DNA from: Methanocaldococcus sp. 28A
Lineage (GTDB): Archaea; AGJL01; Methanococci; Methanococcales; Methanocaldococcaceae
NCBI GenBank assembly: GCA_049852185.1
Contig: CP187540.1
Reading direction: 5' to 3' (one strand)
Length of the DNA: 64,000 bases
In this document: positions 45,277 through 56,579 of the stretch, one piece after another
Layout of the letters: each line of letters begins with the position of its first letter
Position numbering within the stretch: the stretch's first letter is position 1
Translations under genes and position numbers: made by a program
The notes under the pieces: generated by a model
What the model saw: only the letters and a program-made list of their open reading frames with translations
The model's database searches: none
Told to the model about the DNA's origin: nothing

Positions 45277-46520
45277 TATTTCAAAATCTCATAAAACACT
45301 TTAGCCATCTTAATTAAATCCTCTATTTTAATGTGCTCATTTGGTTGGTGAGCAGTTTCCTCACCAATGCCCCAAACAGCTACTTTATAACCTTTCTCTC
45401 TCAAAAATGCTGCAACAGTTCCTCCACCCATTCCACAGAGCTTTGCCTCTCTATCTAAAACATTCTTTATAGCTTTTTTCAATTCATTAATAATTTCTGA
45501 GTTTTCATCTGTATAGTTTGGATTTTCTGATTTTAATATTTCATACTCTATTGTTGCCTCTATTGAGGTATCATAATACTTAATATATTTTTTAAAGTCA
45601 AAGTTTTTAATAAACTCTTCTATAAACTCTAAAACTTCCTCTATTTTATAATTTGGCAGAATTCTGCAGTCAAAAACAACTTCAACATATCCTGGAATTG
45701 TGTTTGGATTTTCAACTTTATTTTTTAATATCGTTGGTTCAAAGGTTGAATACTCTGGCAAAAATATTGGATTAATTTTGTTAAATGTTTTGTATATATT
45801 GTTGTATAACTCATTTGCAAAGTTAAAAGCAACTATATCAGCATTTAACCCATTTTCAGGTGTGCTACCATGACACTGCTTTCCTCTAATCTTAAATTTT
45901 ATCCATAAAATGCCCTTCTCTCCAATCTCTACAAATTCTCCAGTTGGTGTTCCAAAATCTGGAACTATAATTAAATCATCTTTTTTAAATATCTCATCCT
46001 CAAAGTTATCCAATAGATATTTTAAGCCATATTCACTTCCATCCTCTTCATCAGAGACAAAAATTAATGATAAATTGTATTTTGGCTTAATATTATTTTC
46101 AAAAATCATTTTTAATAATAGAAGAGAAGAGACTATTCCTTTATGGTTGTCCTCTGCTCCTCTTCCATAAATTTTTCCATCTTTAATAACTGGTTCATAA
46201 GGATTTGTATCCCACAAACTAATATCACCTTCTGGAACAGTATCTAAATGAGAAATTATATGTAATGTTTTATCTCTATTGAAATCTATTTTAAAAACTA
46301 TATTTGTCCTCTCAATGTCATATCTGTCAATAGTGTTGTATTCTTTTAGAGTATAATTTTTTATATTATATTTTTTAACATATTCCATTAATTTGTTTTT
46401 AACATATTCTGCTTTTTCTTTCTCTCCTTTTCCACCAAATGAAGGATTAACTGAATTTATTTTTATTAAATCACTCTCCAACTTTATAGCCTCTTCTTTT
46501 AATTCCTCCATATTTATCAT
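45249..46520 (-). CDS. M20 metallohydrolase (DapE/ArgE-like)
   Basis: SHLDTVP, GRGAEDN, DEE, AHQPNE. Confidence 0.92.
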   Translation of the reverse strand: MINMEELKEEAIKLESDLIKINSVNPSFGGKGEKEKAEYVKNKLMEYVKKYNIKNYTLKEYNTIDRYDIERTNIVFKIDFNRDKTLHIISHLDTVPEGDISLWDTNPYEPVIKDGKIYGRGAEDNHKGIVSSLLLLKMIFENNIKPKYNLSLIFVSDEEDGSEYGLKYLLDNFEDEIFKKDDLIIVPDFGTPTGEFVEIGEKGILWIKFKIRGKQCHGSTPENGLNADIVAFNFANELYNNIYKTFNKINPIFLPEYSTFEPTILKNKVENPNTIPGYVEVVFDCRILPNYKIEEVLEFIEEFIKNFDFKKYIKYYDTSIEATIEYEILKSENPNYTDENSEIINELKKAIKNVLDREAKLCGMGGGTVAAFLREKGYKVAVWGIGEETAHQPNEHIKIEDLIKMAKVFYEILKYSCVQNYLK

Positions 46521-46529
46521 CTCAATCTT

Positions 46530-47579
46530 TTAGAGTATTTTAAAATACAATATTAATGTTGTTAAATGCAATATATAAATTAACATTCCAATTAATAAAA
46601 ACCTTACTACCCCAACTTCCCTATTAGATAATCTTAACGTTATCAAATTTGCAAATGAAGAAATTAAAGTTCCATTTCCTCCAACATTCACACCATAGGC
46701 AATTGGAAGCCAATTATCGTAGATATTTGAGAGAAGAACTGTTGCTGGTACATTAGAGATAATTTGGGATAATAATGATGAATAAACCATTATCATCACA
46801 TCATCTCCTCGTATATGAAACAAATTTATTATACCTAATTTTTTAATACCATAAACATCTATAAACAAAAATATGAATGTTAATAAAAACAAATAATCAA
46901 TTTTTGGTTTTTTAATTAAAATAATTGCCAAAATTATTGGAAATATATAAATGAAATTTAAAAATCCAAAGATGCATAGTAAAATCAGCATAAAGATTAT
47001 AAGATAAATTATCCACTCTTTTTTAAACTCCATTTCTACATTTATCTTACAATTATATTTTTTAAACTCCATAAATGGCAAAATAATTAAGATTCCAAAA
47101 ATTTCGAAAGGAATCATATTTTTTATAAATTCAAAAGCCCCTATATTATAAAAATGATATAAAAATAGATTTTGAGGATTGCCTATTGGAGTTAAACCAC
47201 TCCCAATATTTGCAGATACCCCCTCAAGTATTATAAGTTTTTCAAGGTCTTTTTTGTCAGCTTCTATATATTTAAATAAAATTAATGTGAAAGGAATTAT
47301 AACAAACAAAGCAATATCATTTGTTATTATCATTGATAAAAATAATGTTAAGGTTATTAAAGTAATAAATACTCTACTTGAATGTTTTATCACAATTAAA
47401 GAAATATAATCTAAAAATTTTGAATCTTTTAGAACATTTACAATAACCATTAAATAAAACAAAGATAGTATAGTTTTCCATTCTATTACATGGATAGCTT
47501 CAGATAAGCTAACTACAAATATTAGCATTAGAATGCCCACAAATATAAAAATTAAAAATATAAATGTATCAACTCTCAT
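46530..47579 (-). CDS. SLC13/CitM-like anion permease
   Basis: TND, PIGNPQN, SNVP, SSFANL. Confidence 0.88.
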   Translation of the reverse strand: MRVDTFIFLIFIFVGILMLIFVVSLSEAIHVIEWKTILSLFYLMVIVNVLKDSKFLDYISLIVIKHSSRVFITLITLTLFLSMIITNDIALFVIIPFTLILFKYIEADKKDLEKLIILEGVSANIGSGLTPIGNPQNLFLYHFYNIGAFEFIKNMIPFEIFGILIILPFMEFKKYNCKINVEMEFKKEWIIYLIIFMLILLCIFGFLNFIYIFPIILAIILIKKPKIDYLFLLTFIFLFIDVYGIKKLGIINLFHIRGDDVMIMVYSSLLSQIISNVPATVLLSNIYDNWLPIAYGVNVGGNGTLISSFANLITLRLSNREVGVVRFLLIGMLIYILHLTTLILYFKIL

Positions 47580-47594
47580 AAATATCCCAACGAT

Positions 47595-48188
47595 GTGGTG
47601 TTTATTATGAACTGCTCTAAATGTATTAAAAAACTTTGCTATGCTGGAAAAAACTGTAAAAAGGATATAACAAAAAAAATTTTAGATGAATATAAAAAAG
47701 AAGACAATTTAAAAATAGCTAAAGTTTCTTCTTATATAGAGGCTACATATTACATGAAAAAAACGAGGTTGGAGGAGATTATAGAATTCTGCAAACTTAT
47801 GGATTATAAAAAGATAGGTATTGCTTTTTGTATTGGTTTAGAGGAGGAGGCAAAAATATTAGAGGAAATTCTATCTCAACATTTTAACACCTATTCAGTT
47901 TGTTGCAAAGTCTGTGGAATTGATAAAGATGTTTTAAAGTTGAAAAAAATTAACAATAATAACAAAGAGGCGATGTGTAATCCTATAGCTCAGGCAGAAA
48001 TTTTAAATGAGATTGGGGTTGATTTAAATATTATTGTTGGTTTATGTATTGGACATGATATTCTATTCCAAAAATATTCAAAAGCTCCAACGACTACATT
48101 TATTGTTAAGGATAGAGTTTTATCTCACAATACAGCTGGTGTTTTATATAGCAAATACTACCTAAAAAAGCTTAAAGGGATAAAATGA
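47595..48188 (+). CDS. DUF1847 Cys-rich protein
   Basis: AFCIGL, CCKVCG, MCNPIAQA, GLCIGHD. Confidence 0.85.
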   Translation: MVFIMNCSKCIKKLCYAGKNCKKDITKKILDEYKKEDNLKIAKVSSYIEATYYMKKTRLEEIIEFCKLMDYKKIGIAFCIGLEEEAKILEEILSQHFNTYSVCCKVCGIDKDVLKLKKINNNNKEAMCNPIAQAEILNEIGVDLNIIVGLCIGHDILFQKYSKAPTTTFIVKDRVLSHNTAGVLYSKYYLKKLKGIK

Positions 48189-49171
48189 AAGATTTAAGAC
48201 CAATAATATGGAATGATGATAAAAAAGAGCTAATTTTAATAGACCAAAGGAAGCTTCCAAACAAATTAGAATATTTTATCTGCAAAAATTATGAAGATGT
48301 TGCATTTGCAATAAAAGATATGGTTGTTAGAGGAGCCCCTGCTATTGGAGTTTCTGCAGCTTATGGATTGGCTTTAGCTGAAATTAGAGGAGATGATATC
48401 TATAAGGCATACAACATCTTAAAGAATACAAGACCTACTGCAGTTAATCTATTTTGGGCATTGGATAGATGCTTAGAAGCTTACAAAAAAGGAAAATCAA
48501 TCTTAGATGAAGCAAAAAAAATTCATGAGGAAGATATAGAAACCTGCAGAAAAATTGGAATGATTGGAGAGAAGCTTATAGAAGATGGAGATACTATCTT
48601 AACCCACTGCAATGCTGGAGCTTTAGCAACCTCTGCCTATGGAACTGCTTTAAGTGTTATTAGATTTGCCTTCTACAATGGAAAAAAGATTAGAGTTATA
48701 GCTGATGAAACAAGACCAAGATTGCAAGGAGCTAAGCTAACAGCTTTTGAGCTAAGTTATGAAGGTATTCCTGTTAAGGTTATAACAGATAATACTGCGG
48801 GTTTTTTAATGCAAAAGGGAGAGATTGATAAGATTATAGTTGGAGCAGATAGAATTTTGGCAGATGGAACTGTCTATAACAAAATTGGAACCTATAGTTT
48901 GGCAGTTTTAGCTAAATATCATGGTATTCCTTTCTATGTGGCTGCTCCTTTATCAACGTTTGATTTAAAAAGTAATGAAGAAGATGTTATTATTGAAGAG
49001 AGGGATGAGAAAGAAGTAGCTTATATTGATGGCGTTAGAATAATTCCTAAAGGTGTTGGTTGCTATAACTATGCATTTGATAAAACTCCTCCTGAGCTAA
49101 TAACTGCAATTATAACTGAAAAAGGAATTGTAAATCCTAAAAAAGAGGAAATTCTTAAAATTTTTGAATAA
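48185..49171 (+). CDS. mtnA: Methylthioribose-1-phosphate isomerase (eIF2B-like)
   Basis: VRGAPAIG, RPTAVNL, THCNAG, ETRP, NKIGT. Confidence 0.93.
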   Translation: MKDLRPIIWNDDKKELILIDQRKLPNKLEYFICKNYEDVAFAIKDMVVRGAPAIGVSAAYGLALAEIRGDDIYKAYNILKNTRPTAVNLFWALDRCLEAYKKGKSILDEAKKIHEEDIETCRKIGMIGEKLIEDGDTILTHCNAGALATSAYGTALSVIRFAFYNGKKIRVIADETRPRLQGAKLTAFELSYEGIPVKVITDNTAGFLMQKGEIDKIIVGADRILADGTVYNKIGTYSLAVLAKYHGIPFYVAAPLSTFDLKSNEEDVIIEERDEKEVAYIDGVRIIPKGVGCYNYAFDKTPPELITAIITEKGIVNPKKEEILKIFE

Positions 49172-49195
49172 ATATAAAAAATACAATGTGAAAAT

Positions 49196-49510
49196 ATGGC
49201 ATGTATTGATAAAATGAACTATGAAATTTTATACAAAGGCGGATTTAAAGATTGTGCAGAATTTATAAGAAAAAATTTTAAAAATGTTAAAGAGATGAAC
49301 GCAGGAGATGAAATCATTAAAGGAATTTTCTTAATTGGAATTCCACCAATTCCAGTAGCATATGAGGATAATTGTATAATATTCCCTTATACAAAACCAT
49401 GTTATGGAACTTTTGTTTTAAAAATTAATCTTGAAGAGATAAAAGAAGAGGAAAAAGAAGGAACTGAAAAAAATAAAAAGAGTTTATTATCAAAACTAAA
49501 ATTCTGGTGA
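49196..49510 (+). CDS. DUF1894-like protein
   Basis: GIPPIPV, PYTKPCYGTF. Confidence 0.75.
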   Translation: MACIDKMNYEILYKGGFKDCAEFIRKNFKNVKEMNAGDEIIKGIFLIGIPPIPVAYEDNCIIFPYTKPCYGTFVLKINLEEIKEEEKEGTEKNKKSLLSKLKFW

Positions 49511-49514
49511 AAAC

Positions 49515-49961
49515 ATGAATATATTAGTTATAGTTGGATGTCCTGAACCGCCAGCATTAATTCCTTCTGTTTTATATTTAATAAACCAATTGAAAAAAAG
49601 AGGAGATAATGTTATTATAGCTGCAAATCACGCAGCAATAAAGCTTTTGGAGGTTGCTGATGATGATAAACACTATTTAAAAGGTGTTGGAGCTGTAGAT
49701 ATTGATGAAGGCATAAAGGGAATAGAAGAAATTGATAAAATAATTGCCTTTGTCCATAATGATGGAGGAGTTAGCTATACAGTATCCTACAAAACCAAAT
49801 ATAACAAAGACACATATGCCATTGTCTTTGGAAAACAAATAAATAAAGATTACGTTGAAACTCTAAAAAACAATAATATAGAGGTTTATACTGCGAGAGC
49901 TTTCCATAATCCAATGCCAATTGTAAATAAAATAAAAGAACTTCTATTTAAATCTTTTTAA
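49515..49961 (+). CDS. DUF1890-like protein
   Basis: GCPEPP, FVHND, AFHNP. Confidence 0.75.
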   Translation: MNILVIVGCPEPPALIPSVLYLINQLKKRGDNVIIAANHAAIKLLEVADDDKHYLKGVGAVDIDEGIKGIEEIDKIIAFVHNDGGVSYTVSYKTKYNKDTYAIVFGKQINKDYVETLKNNNIEVYTARAFHNPMPIVNKIKELLFKSF

Positions 49962-50625
49962 TAATCTCTAAAAATTCATCTACTTTTTTTAAATCTTTCT
50001 TTCCACCATAAGCTTCTAATGAGGAAGATACATCTACAGCGTAAGGTTTAACTGTCTTTATTGCCTCTAATATATTATCCTTATTTAAACCACCAGCTAA
50101 AATTAAAGGTTTTTCTAAAGATTCTTTCAATTTTTTAGATACTGCCCAATTATGAACCTTCCCTTCAAATTTTATATTCTCTATTTTTGTATCTACCAAA
50201 ATTGCATCAACATATTTTTCATATTCTTTAGCAGTATTTAATAAAGCTTTAAAACCTATCTCTTCATCTTTAGGTATGTGGATAACTTTAATTATATCAG
50301 CATTTAATTTTCCATTATTTTTTAAATTTCTTATCTCTTTAACAAAATCTAAGCTCTCAAATCCATGTAGCTGTATAGCATTTGGTTTTAAAGATTTATA
50401 AATCTCTAAAACCTCCCTTATATCATTTGGCATTAATACAGAGACTAATGATGTAAATGGAGCAATATATTTTTTTAACTCTATAGCTTTATCCAACGAT
50501 ATTTTTCTTGGAGTTTTTACAGGGACATCTATTATAACTCCAACAGCATGAACCCTTTTTGATATATATGCCATATCTTCTTCATTAGTAATTCCACAAA
50601 TTTTTACCTTAACCAAATTTTTCAC
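49948..50625 (-). CDS. trpF: Phosphoribosylanthranilate isomerase
   Basis: VKICGIT, QLHG, LAGGL, DVSS. Confidence 0.95.
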   Translation of the reverse strand: MKNLVKVKICGITNEEDMAYISKRVHAVGVIIDVPVKTPRKISLDKAIELKKYIAPFTSLVSVLMPNDIREVLEIYKSLKPNAIQLHGFESLDFVKEIRNLKNNGKLNADIIKVIHIPKDEEIGFKALLNTAKEYEKYVDAILVDTKIENIKFEGKVHNWAVSKKLKESLEKPLILAGGLNKDNILEAIKTVKPYAVDVSSSLEAYGGKKDLKKVDEFLEIIKKI

Positions 50626-50741
50626 CTTTTATATTATATTTGGGCTGAGGGAGTTTGGTCATAAAGTATCTGACGGTGGGATTATGATAGTCTTTTCTTT
50701 ATTAGTTCTTTACTACACTCTTTAATTACTTTATAAAAATA

Positions 50742-51184
50742 GGACTTTCGCAGGAATAAATATTTTATTGAAAATGGACACCTTTAAGGTGTCTAAATTC
50801 CAAACTATAGTTGTGAGCAAAACTATCTTAATTAAAATAAGGTATTAATGAATGTCTTCCTTTTGGAAGGCATCTAAATTATCCTTTTTAAAGTTTATTT
50901 CATTTTGCACACAACTATAATTGCACGTGCAAATTTGAGAGAGCATATGGCATTATATTGGTGGGAAGGAAAGATTGAGGATGATAATGAAATAGGGGCT
51001 ATTTTAAAGACGGATGATGATAAATGGGAAGAGGTAAAAAAGGTTATTAGGGAATTACATCCTTATACAACACCTTTAATTATGAAGATGAATATTGAGG
51101 ATGTGAATAATGAGTATTTAAAATGGCTAAAAGATTTGTAGGATAAGAATAGTGTTTAAATTCAATATATAAACTGCAAAAAGC
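50742..51184. mobile_element. Composite: family B left arm, family A (50808-50917), cutA fragment, family B right arm
   Basis: TA-GGACTTTCGCAG; GACACCTTTAAGGTGTC; full A copy; TATATAAACTGCAAAAAGC-TA. Confidence 0.75.
50920..51141 (+). pseudogene. cutA: 5'-truncated CutA
   Basis: IARANLREH..YWWEGKIE..LKT..HPY..EYLKWL*; roughly the first 25 residues are missing and the ORF 'start' lies in the family A TIR. Confidence 0.85.
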
Positions 51185-51265
51185 TATAATGATAAAATTT
51201 ATAAACTTCCTGCTAAAATAAAAAATATCCAACATATCACCATAAGATTTTTTTGAGGGATAGTC

Positions 51266-52510
51266 ATGTTTTTAACATTGGATGATTTTAATTTTGATGA
51301 GAAAAGAGTAGTTTTAAGAGTAGATATAAACTGTCCAATAGACCCAAATACAGGAGAGATTTTAGATGATAAGAGGATTAGAGAGATTAAGAACACAATT
51401 ACAGAGCTCATACACAAAAATGCTAAGGTTGTTATCTTAGCTCACCAAAGTAGACCAGGGAAAAAAGATTTTACAACATTAAAAAACCACGCAAAGGTTT
51501 TATCAGATGTTATTGGTAAGGAGGTAGAGTATATTGATGAAGTTATAGGTTCTACAGCGAGAGAATCTATAATTAATATGAAAAGTGGAGATGTTATATT
51601 GTTAGAGAATGTTAGGTTTTATTCTGAAGAGGTTTTAAATGATTGGAAAAAATGGAAGGATATTACACCAAAAAAACAGGCTGAAACAAATTTAATTAGA
51701 AGATTGGCTCCTCTTTTTGATTATTTTGTTAATGATGCCTTTGCAGCTGCACATAGAGCTCAGCCATCATTAGTTGGTTTCTCTTATTATATGCCAATGA
51801 TTGCAGGAAGATTGATGGAAAGAGAGGTTGGAGTTTTATCAAAGGTTTTAGAAAATCCTGAAAGACCTTGTGTTTATGTTTTAGGTGGAGCTAAGGCAGA
51901 TGATTCAATAAGAGTTATGAAAAATGTTTTAGAAAATGGAACAGCTGATAAAGTTTTAACCTCAGGAATTGTTGCTAACATATTCCTTGTAGCTATGGGA
52001 TATGATTTGGGAGTTAATGTGGATGTTATAGAAAATCTTGGATTGAAAAGTCAAATAGAGATTGCTAAAGAGTTGTTAGATAAATTTGAAGATAAAATAA
52101 TAGTTCCGATAGATGTAGCTCTAAATATTAATGAAGAGAGAGTTGAAGCTGATTTAAATAAAAATGAAAAAGTAGAGCATTTAATTAATGATATTGGAGA
52201 GAAAACTATTGAACTTTACAGTGAAATAATTAATGAGGCAAATACTATCGTCGCCAATGGACCTGCTGGTGTGTTTGAAAAAGAGGCATTTGCAAAAGGT
52301 ACTGAGGAGTTGTTAAAAGCAATAGCTAACTCAAAAGGATTTTCAGTTATTGGAGGAGGACATTTGTCAGCTGCAGCTGAGTTATTTGGAATTACTGATA
52401 AAATAGACCACGTTAGCACTGGAGGTGGAGCTACCTTAGATTTCTTAGCTGGAGAAAAATTGCCAGTAATAGAGATGCTTAAGGAACCATATAAAAAATA
52501 TAAAGGATAA
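51266..52510 (+). CDS. pgk: Phosphoglycerate kinase
   Basis: [34 protein letters not shown]. Confidence 0.97.
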   Translation: MFLTLDDFNFDEKRVVLRVDINCPIDPNTGEILDDKRIREIKNTITELIHKNAKVVILAHQSRPGKKDFTTLKNHAKVLSDVIGKEVEYIDEVIGSTARESIINMKSGDVILLENVRFYSEEVLNDWKKWKDITPKKQAETNLIRRLAPLFDYFVNDAFAAAHRAQPSLVGFSYYMPMIAGRLMEREVGVLSKVLENPERPCVYVLGGAKADDSIRVMKNVLENGTADKVLTSGIVANIFLVAMGYDLGVNVDVIENLGLKSQIEIAKELLDKFEDKIIVPIDVALNINEERVEADLNKNEKVEHLINDIGEKTIELYSEIINEANTIVANGPAGVFEKEAFAKGTEELLKAIANSKGFSVIGGGHLSAAAELFGITDKIDHVSTGGGATLDFLAGEKLPVIEMLKEPYKKYKG

Positions 52511-52667
52511 TTATTTTTAATTTTTTATTTTTGCATCTAATAATAGTAGATTTTTATCATATAATTATTAAGGTTAAATCAAGTATTTAAAATAAAAGCA
52601 AATCGAAAGTTTTAAAAGAAATAGTATTAAAAATTAAAAATACAATATTACCAAAAAAGGGGATTCT

Positions 52668-53642
52668 ATGAATTTAAAAAAAGTTGTTGATGAGATAAGA
52701 AATTTTGAAGGAATCTTGAGGAAAGTAGCTATTAAAGATGTTGTAGAGACCTTTGATTTTGATGATGAGGATTATGAATTTGATATTATAGTAGATTTTG
52801 GAGATGATGCTGCTGTTATAGGAATAGATGGAGATAATGCTATTTTATTAGCCGCTGATGGAATTTGGGGTAAGCTCTTAGAGGCAGACCCTTGGTGGGC
52901 AGGTTACTGTTCAGTTTTAGTTAATTGTAAAGATATAGCGGCAATGGGAGGAAAATGTGTAGGGATGACTAATATAATAAGTATAAAAGATAAAGATATC
53001 TGCAGAGAGGTTTTAAAAGGAGTTAAGGATGGAGTAAAAAAATTTGGAGTGCCAATGGTTGGAGGGCATACACATCCAGATGCTATGTGCAATGTCTTAG
53101 ATGTTTCTATAACTGGAATTGCTAAAAAAGATTGTATATTGAGAAGTGATAACGCAAAAATTGGGGATAAAATTATCTTTGCCTATGACTTAGTTGGGCA
53201 AATTTATAAATCATTCCCATTGAATTGGGACACAACAACAATGAAATCAAAGAAGTTAGTTAAGGCACAGATGGATGCTTTAGTTCAAATTGCAGAGAAT
53301 AAATTAGCTAATTCATGTAAAGATATAAGCAATCCAGGAGCTATTGGAACTTTAGGTATGCTTTTGGAAGTTTCAAGAAAAGGAGGTATTGTAGATATAA
53401 CAAAAATTCCTAAACCAGAAGAGATTGATTTAATCCACTGGCTTAAAGTTTATCCTGGTAGTGGTTATGTCCTAACTGCGAGAGAAGAGAACTTTAAAGA
53501 AATTAGGAATATTTTTGAAGATGTTAAAATAACTGCAGAAATTTGTGGTGAAGTTATATCTGATAAAAAACTATACATCACTGATGGTGAAAATAAAGAA
53601 GTTGTTTTTAATTTTGAGAAAGAGTTTATTTGTGGCTGCTGA
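52668..53642 (+). CDS. Methanogenesis marker protein 2 (AIR-synthase fold)
   Basis: FGDDAAV, DIAAMGG, GGHTHPD, KDISNPG. Confidence 0.88.
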   Translation: MNLKKVVDEIRNFEGILRKVAIKDVVETFDFDDEDYEFDIIVDFGDDAAVIGIDGDNAILLAADGIWGKLLEADPWWAGYCSVLVNCKDIAAMGGKCVGMTNIISIKDKDICREVLKGVKDGVKKFGVPMVGGHTHPDAMCNVLDVSITGIAKKDCILRSDNAKIGDKIIFAYDLVGQIYKSFPLNWDTTTMKSKKLVKAQMDALVQIAENKLANSCKDISNPGAIGTLGMLLEVSRKGGIVDITKIPKPEEIDLIHWLKVYPGSGYVLTAREENFKEIRNIFEDVKITAEICGEVISDKKLYITDGENKEVVFNFEKEFICGC

Positions 53643-53651
53643 TTTTTAATA

Positions 53652-53791
53652 GAACTTTCGCACTTTATGTATTATAGTTGTGTGCAAAATGAAATAAACT
53701 TTTATAAGGTATAAGGATAATTTAGATGCCTTCCAAAAGGAAGACATTCATTAATACCTTATTTTAATTAGGATAGTTTTGCACACAACTA
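53652..53791. repeat. Family B arm plus family A element (53675-53791; 110 bp plus a 7-bp internal duplication)
   Basis: TA-GAACTTTCGCACTTTA, then perfect A TIRs with TA; TATAAGG duplicated. Confidence 0.9.
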
Positions 53792-53891
53792 TAATAAATA
53801 GCTTTCAGTTATAATTTAATTAATTTTAACTTTTATAAGGTAATTTTTTAAATATTTTATGTGGAAAAATAAAAAATTAAGGTGAGCATTA

Positions 53892-54863
53892 ATGTTAATA
53901 AGACCAAGAAGATTAAGAAAAAACCAAAAAATTAGAGATTTAGTTAGAGAGACAACGTTAACAAAAAATGATTTAATAATGCCAATCTTTGTAGATGAAA
54001 ATTTAAAAGGAAAGGAAAAGAAGGAAATTAAATCAATGCCTAATCAGTATAGATTTAGTGTAGAAGGAGCTATAGAAGAAGCAAAAGAAATTGCCGATTT
54101 AGGAATCCCAGCTGTAATATTGTTTGGCATTCCAAAGTATAAAGATGAGATAGGAAGCTCTGCCTATAATAAAAATGGGGTTGTTCAAAAAACTATAAGA
54201 GGAATTAAAGAAGAGCTTGGAGATGAGCTTTTAGTTATAGCAGATTGTTGTTTGTGTGAATACACAAGCCATGGACATTGTGGAATTGTTAAAGATGGAA
54301 AGATATTAAATGATGCTACTCTTCCTATATTATCAAAAATAGCATTATCTTATGCTGAGGCAGGAGTTGATATTGTTGCTCCATCAGACATGATGGATGG
54401 GAGAGTAAGAGCAATAAGAGAGGTTTTAGAAGATAATGGCTATGATGATGTTGCTATAATGAGTTACTCTGCAAAATATGCATCATCTTTTTATGGACCT
54501 TTTAGAGAAGCAGCTGAAAGTGCTCCAAAGTTTGGGGATAGGAAGAGCTATCAAATGGATATAGGAAATGCAAGAGAGGCTTTAAAAGAAATTGCCTTAG
54601 ATATAGAAGAAGGGGCTGATTTAATATTAATTAAACCTGCTTTACCATATTTAGATATAATAAGGATGGCTAAAGATAACTTCAATGTGCCTATTGGTGG
54701 CTACTGTGTTAGCGGAGAATATGCAATGGTTGAGGCAGCTGCTAAAAATGGTTTAATTGAGAGAGAGAAGGCTATTTATGAAGTATTGCTAAGTATAAAA
54801 AGAGCTGGAGCTGATTTTATCATTACATATTGGGCTAAAGAAGTTGCTGAAAAATTGTTATAG
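53892..54863 (+). CDS. hemB: Porphobilinogen synthase
   Basis: [28 protein letters not shown]. Confidence 0.97.
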   Translation: MLIRPRRLRKNQKIRDLVRETTLTKNDLIMPIFVDENLKGKEKKEIKSMPNQYRFSVEGAIEEAKEIADLGIPAVILFGIPKYKDEIGSSAYNKNGVVQKTIRGIKEELGDELLVIADCCLCEYTSHGHCGIVKDGKILNDATLPILSKIALSYAEAGVDIVAPSDMMDGRVRAIREVLEDNGYDDVAIMSYSAKYASSFYGPFREAAESAPKFGDRKSYQMDIGNAREALKEIALDIEEGADLILIKPALPYLDIIRMAKDNFNVPIGGYCVSGEYAMVEAAAKNGLIEREKAIYEVLLSIKRAGADFIITYWAKEVAEKLL

Positions 54864-54871
54864 GGAGAAAT

Positions 54872-55462
54872 ATGAACATCTTAAAAAATTTTTCAGTTCC
54901 TAATTTGTGTGATGCAGGGGCTAAGCCTTTAAAAGGCATAAAACCTATTTTAGATAATCAAAAGCTTGTTTTTGGTGAGGCTATAACTGTAAAGATAAAC
55001 TATGATGATTGGGGAACTTTAATAAAATCAATAAGCTTTGCTAAAAATAAATTTATTGTTGCTGAAGTTACTGGCGAAAAAAAATATGAAACTGCTGTTT
55101 GGGGAGGATTAGCTTCACTAAATGCTAAAATAAAAGGGGTTAAGGGGGTAGTTATAGATGGATGTGTTAGGGATGTTGAAGATATAAAAGCTCTAAAGTT
55201 CCCAGTTTTTGCAAAAAATTTCTGCCCAAATGCAGGAAAACCTTTAAATCTTGGAAAGATAAATGTCTCTGTGAATTGTGGTGATGTTTTGATAGAGCCA
55301 GGAGATATAGTTGTAGGAGATTGTAATGGAGTAGCAGTTATAAAAAAAGAAAATCTTAAAGAAATTATTGAAAATGCTAAAAATATAAAAGAGAAAGAGA
55401 AAAAAATTAGAGAAAGAATTTTAAGAGGACATGATTTAAAGGCTATTCTAAATTTAGAATAA
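54872..55462 (+). CDS. RraA/HMG-aldolase-family protein
   Basis: NLCDA, AVWGG, DGCVRD, PGDIVVGD. Confidence 0.9.
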   Translation: MNILKNFSVPNLCDAGAKPLKGIKPILDNQKLVFGEAITVKINYDDWGTLIKSISFAKNKFIVAEVTGEKKYETAVWGGLASLNAKIKGVKGVVIDGCVRDVEDIKALKFPVFAKNFCPNAGKPLNLGKINVSVNCGDVLIEPGDIVVGDCNGVAVIKKENLKEIIENAKNIKEKEKKIRERILRGHDLKAILNLE

Positions 55463-55498
55463 TAAAAATTTTAAAATAAAAAATTTGCAGGGTGATAA

Positions 55499-56074
55499 GT
55501 GTTGAATGTTCCGCGTAGTCTGAAATCTATTATAGATATAATAAATAGAGAATCCGGAACAAGATATATAGTTAGAGGGCTTATTGATGGCTCTCTATCA
55601 GCTCTTGGAGTAGTTATTGGAGCGAGTGGTTCAGCTGACGCTTCTGTTATCATAGCTGCTGGGCTTGGAGGGGGGATAGCTAACGGATTGTCCAATATTC
55701 TTGGGGCATTTACAGCTGAAAAAGCATCATTAGAAAGAGAAAGAATACAAAAAGAAAAGAGTTTATTAAAGCAGAATGGATATTTAAAGAAGTCAATAAT
55801 TTACAAAAAGGCAATTAGAGAAACGATGATTTGTGGTCTTATTGATGGAATATCAACATCTATTGGCTCAGCTCTTCCTGTAATCCCTTTCTTTTTATTT
55901 GATATAAAAACAGCTTTATATGCAGCAATAACAATAACTATGGCTATATTGTTTATATTAGGTGTGTTTATAGGAAAGATTTCTAAGGAGAATGTAGTAA
56001 TTTCAGGAATAAAGATGGTTGTTGGAGCTTTAATTGTGGCAGTTTTATGCTTTATGATAGAGAAAGCATTTTAA
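55499..56074 (+). CDS. VIT1/CCC1-like membrane protein
   Basis: RGLIDGSLSALG, ANGLSN. Confidence 0.8.
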   Translation: MLNVPRSLKSIIDIINRESGTRYIVRGLIDGSLSALGVVIGASGSADASVIIAAGLGGGIANGLSNILGAFTAEKASLERERIQKEKSLLKQNGYLKKSIIYKKAIRETMICGLIDGISTSIGSALPVIPFFLFDIKTALYAAITITMAILFILGVFIGKISKENVVISGIKMVVGALIVAVLCFMIEKAF

Positions 56075-56084
56075 TTGGGGGAAT

Positions 56085-56576
56085 ATGAAAACAAGAGAAT
56101 TATTTGAGAAATTAAAGAAAGAGCTTGATAATTTTAGCATATATGATATTATGATGATTAGAAGCTTTATTGAAAAAGATGCTAAGTATCTTCCAGAAAA
56201 ATATAAAAATCACTACGTTGAGGCGATGATGAAGTATTTAATTGAAACATTCAACGAGATTAAAAAAAAAGTTGAAGAAATTAAAGATGAAGAAATTGAT
56301 GAAGAAAAATTAAACGAAATGCTTAAAAGGATTGAAAAGTTTAGAAAATATTATACACCAGATGAAGAGAGATTTATAAATCTCTCAAAAATTCTCTGCC
56401 CATATCTATCTTTTATTGCCAAAAAACCATTACATCCGGAATATTTAACATTTCCTGGAAATGTAAAGATTATTAAGAAAGGAAATAACTATTACTGTCC
56501 AGTTAAAAATAAACAGCTTAATGAATATTCCCTATGTGAATTCTGTATATCTAAAAGTATGGATGAGCTAAAATAA
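56085..56576 (+). CDS. UPF0305/DUF2115 protein
   Basis: PLHP..FPG, YYCPVK, CEFC. Confidence 0.82.
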   Translation: MKTRELFEKLKKELDNFSIYDIMMIRSFIEKDAKYLPEKYKNHYVEAMMKYLIETFNEIKKKVEEIKDEEIDEEKLNEMLKRIEKFRKYYTPDEERFINLSKILCPYLSFIAKKPLHPEYLTFPGNVKIIKKGNNYYCPVKNKQLNEYSLCEFCISKSMDELK

Positions 56577-56579
56577 TTA

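Noticed and set aside
50642-50724. C/D-like RNA upstream of trpF
   Set aside because: Boxes out of order with no proper C box; reads better as a gene-end remnant (GLREFGHK...LYYTL*)
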